The notes below the pieces were generated by a model, which did not search any database, had not been told where the DNA came from, and saw only the letters and a list, made by a program, of their open reading frames with translations. The translations under genes and the position numbers were made by a program. Positions 50,466-64,000 of a stretch of DNA of 64,000 nucleotides are shown here, one piece after another (positions within the stretch are counted from its first letter, which is position 1; every line of letters begins with the position of its first letter). Source of the stretch: Chrysomallon squamiferum. Its lineage: Eukaryota; Animalia; Mollusca. The stretch spans positions 20,522,001 to 20,586,000 of the forward strand of contig CM022670.1 of NCBI GenBank assembly GCA_012295275.1, written 5' to 3'.

Positions 50466-52558
50466 TATATATACATGGATCAAGTTCATACACAGCTCTT
50501 GTGATTGTAAACTGATTAATTAATTATCTTAGCAGTGTTTCTAAAACAGATGTACTGTAAAGATGTAGGCTATCGCTTTATTAAAGAGACATCATTTATG
50601 TTAATAATATGGACAACATAAATCATTTTAATAATTTCATTAGAGACATGTAAATAGATTTCTAGATGCCTATTGTCCAAATTAGCAGAGAGGCACTGAA
50701 ATTAATATTTTATTAAACGTCTGATATCGCTCATTGTGAATATTTAGTAACGTAGTCTCATTAGAACAGTATATTATTAATGTATTAGTATCATCGTGAC
50801 AATTCTTTAATACTCAGATACTGTTCGTTATCTTTGTTATAAACAACTGGAGCTCAGCCGAGTATAAAGGTATTGTAATCAACATTTTACGTTGCAAATT
50901 AACATATCCACGTATTAGTATAAAAAATATTTTAAGGGTTGTGAATACGTGTCATTGAGTAGTTTGCGCTGCATACAGTAGTGTGATCTTTACAATCGTA
51001 CAAGAATGGAGACTAATCTAATTTACATGAGACACAAGTTGATGATTCAAATAGTGTGATCAAGAGTATATTGTACATATTGACATTAACCAATTACGAA
51101 AGATTTAATCGAATGAAACAAAATCAATTAAAAATGTATTATTTTGTGTATGTTCATGACGACCCGCATAGACCAGAAAGAAGTATTCAAAAACTTTTAT
51201 CAATGATTAATAAACCAACAAGATGTAAATTATTATGATAAACATGAGTTTGTAAGTTCTATGTTATTATGAACTAAGTAAAAGCAATTCGAATGATTTG
51301 TTATAGTGATATTGCTTCGAATATAGATTCGACTACATTTACAAGTCAATCTTTGGCCAATAACGTTTATTTCGTTGTTTCTTAAAATATTTCAGTGTGA
51401 CCACATATATCTTGATATAGCGATTTATGATAAATATTACAATTATTATTATTATTAGTAGTAGTAGTAGTAGTAGTATTCACTTTATCCGTTTTCTTTT
51501 CTTTTATGTTTAATAATTTCAATTGGTGGTTCTCGAGTGTTTAATTCTGGAAAGAATATACATATTTTTTCTTTTTTATTATTTACAGATGGTTTATATT
51601 TAAAATATTCAGAGTGTTTTCAGACAATATTAAATCTAAGATTTAATTCCTTTATTTATAAAAAATAATGCTTGCTATCATATACAGTCCTATAACTTAC
51701 GATCATACCGCATAATATCTTTACCAGCTTAACAACTACAAATAATAATTACTAATGTAATAGTATTAACAAAAGTATTCAGAAGTATTTCCTATGAACT
51801 TTTTTATTAGCTCAAACAGTAATCAGACATAAACAATACCTTATACACATTTAGTGATACACGATTCCAAATAAAAGTAGTACTTCTATTACAGACAACA
51901 TATATACATTTGTTTATTTCCTAGTTTTAGCTTTAAGTAATGATAATACATATTAATTATTTATCAGAACTATTATTTCATTAAATATATTTTCAAGCAA
52001 GTGTACATTTGTTTATATTTGTATAAAAGTATTGTGTTGACGACTATGTACTTGTATGCGTTATGTATAAATATATCTTCATCACACAGAGAAGATACGC
52101 ACGCACTCACGCTTACACACATATATGCATACACGCATAGACACACACATTAATAAAAACATATATACGTTCATACATACATATATACTACATGTACACA
52201 TACACATACACATACATACATACATATATACATACATAAATGCATGCATACATACATACAACCATTCATGTTTATTTTAATCCGATATGCTGTGAATTCT
52301 GAGAAATTTTACCAGTGCGTCCTAAAAATTAATTTTAGGGAAAAAAATCCCAAAGTGGCATTCAACACATTAAAGTGATATTTGAAAACTGCTAACTATA
52401 TTTACTACGTTTTTTTTATACAATTCAACCCATCATAAAACAAATCTGAGTTAGATTAAATCTTAAGGCTTAAGATTTTAATAATTAATGTGTCAAGAAC
52501 TATAGTTTGTAATTTGTATATTTTGTTTTGTTATAAAGTAAAAACGTATATTCATTTT

Positions 52559-52706
<148 letters not shown>

Positions 52707-53501
52707 CTGTGTTATTCTTTTTGGAGATTTGGAAATGGCCACTCTAACGTTCATACATACATACACGTACATACAGGGCGTCAGTGCGTCCTTGAATATT
52801 GTCTATTAGCAGTGTTTAATCTGACGTACATAAGACAGAGAATGCTTAAATCCTAAAATATATACTTGCTAGTGCCAGGTTTCACACAAAAAATAGATGT
52901 ACGCAAAAATGACGAAAGACAAAAGTACAGCGTTACTTCGGGGAAAGAGAAATATGCCCCCCGGTTATTGAGAAATCTTTTTAGGCTTGTTTTGATGGCC
53001 GGACTGTTCTGATACTATACGTAAAATATAGTACTTATGCAGACAAAACATTTAAAACCATAGCTGTAGACTATCATATGCATCTCAATAGTGACATTCT
53101 AATAGGAAAAGATTACTCATCGATCTACAAACTGCTCCAGTTCGGTTCTAATATGTATCCATTCATGCATGTCCATGTTGTGAATAACATTAATAACTGA
53201 TCTCTAGCTTCAAAAGTTTGTCTCGTTATAGAACAGTCAACTGATCTGTTTTCTCTGCACTCGGGCTAGCCCTCTGTTACGTCTGGGAGACAACTTATGT
53301 ATAGTTATGGTGTTCGATTCATATACCTTGATGTGTAAATAATACTTTTATATTACATTAAATGCTTCAATTTTTATTATTATTATTTTCTGTTTTATTG
53401 CATGAACAGTAGTCAGACGCTCTAGGTCAAACGCTCTAGGTCAGCTGTCTTCATTTATCATATACCCTCTCCCACATAAGAACATACTCCCACAGACATA
53501 T

Positions 53502-53537
<36 letters not shown>

Positions 53538-53755
53538 TATAAACAGGTATGTATTTGAGTTCCATGTGTAATTTTACTGTGTGTTGTGACCTAATTTAAG
53601 TACGAGAAAAAAATTGTTTTCGTGGATCCAACTTTAACCTCAGTGTTTTTAATTTAACAGGCTGTATCAGGTGTTTATCTTTTCTCATTGGTGAATGATG
53701 ATAATGAGTCTTGTGTTAACTCGCAATTTTACTTTGTCTACGAAACATTTTCGCT

Positions 53756-64000
<10,245 letters not shown>

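Overview
AT-rich eukaryotic DNA, probably a gastropod mollusc judging from a SINE-like repeat I recall from peltospirid snails (inference). There is one 200-N assembly gap. The window is almost entirely a + strand tandem cluster of multi-exon type-I membrane receptor genes that the ORF track misses because the exons are short. Each gene is assembled from: a signal-peptide exon; optionally a two-exon F-type lectin (fucolectin-like) domain; a variable number (3, 10, 13, >=6) of symmetric phase 1-1 exons of 141-153 nt, each encoding one 8-Cys MEGF10/SCARF/Draper-like EGF repeat; a TM exon; and a cytoplasmic exon with four conserved tyrosine motifs, the last two forming YxxL-x10-YxxI with a terminal SPYxxI. 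I reconstructed four genes by hand (A 4385-13419, B 24348-32488, C 34545/36892-50465, D 53756->64000), two relic pseudogenes, stop-containing and half-deleted EGF exons inside genes that otherwise look intact, duplicated leader exons, recent segmental duplications, an internally deleted Tc1/mariner element and many microsatellites. The cluster looks like a rapidly diversifying invertebrate immune or recognition receptor family evolving by exon-cassette birth and death. All gene models rest on splice signals, phase and motifs only; there is no expression evidence.
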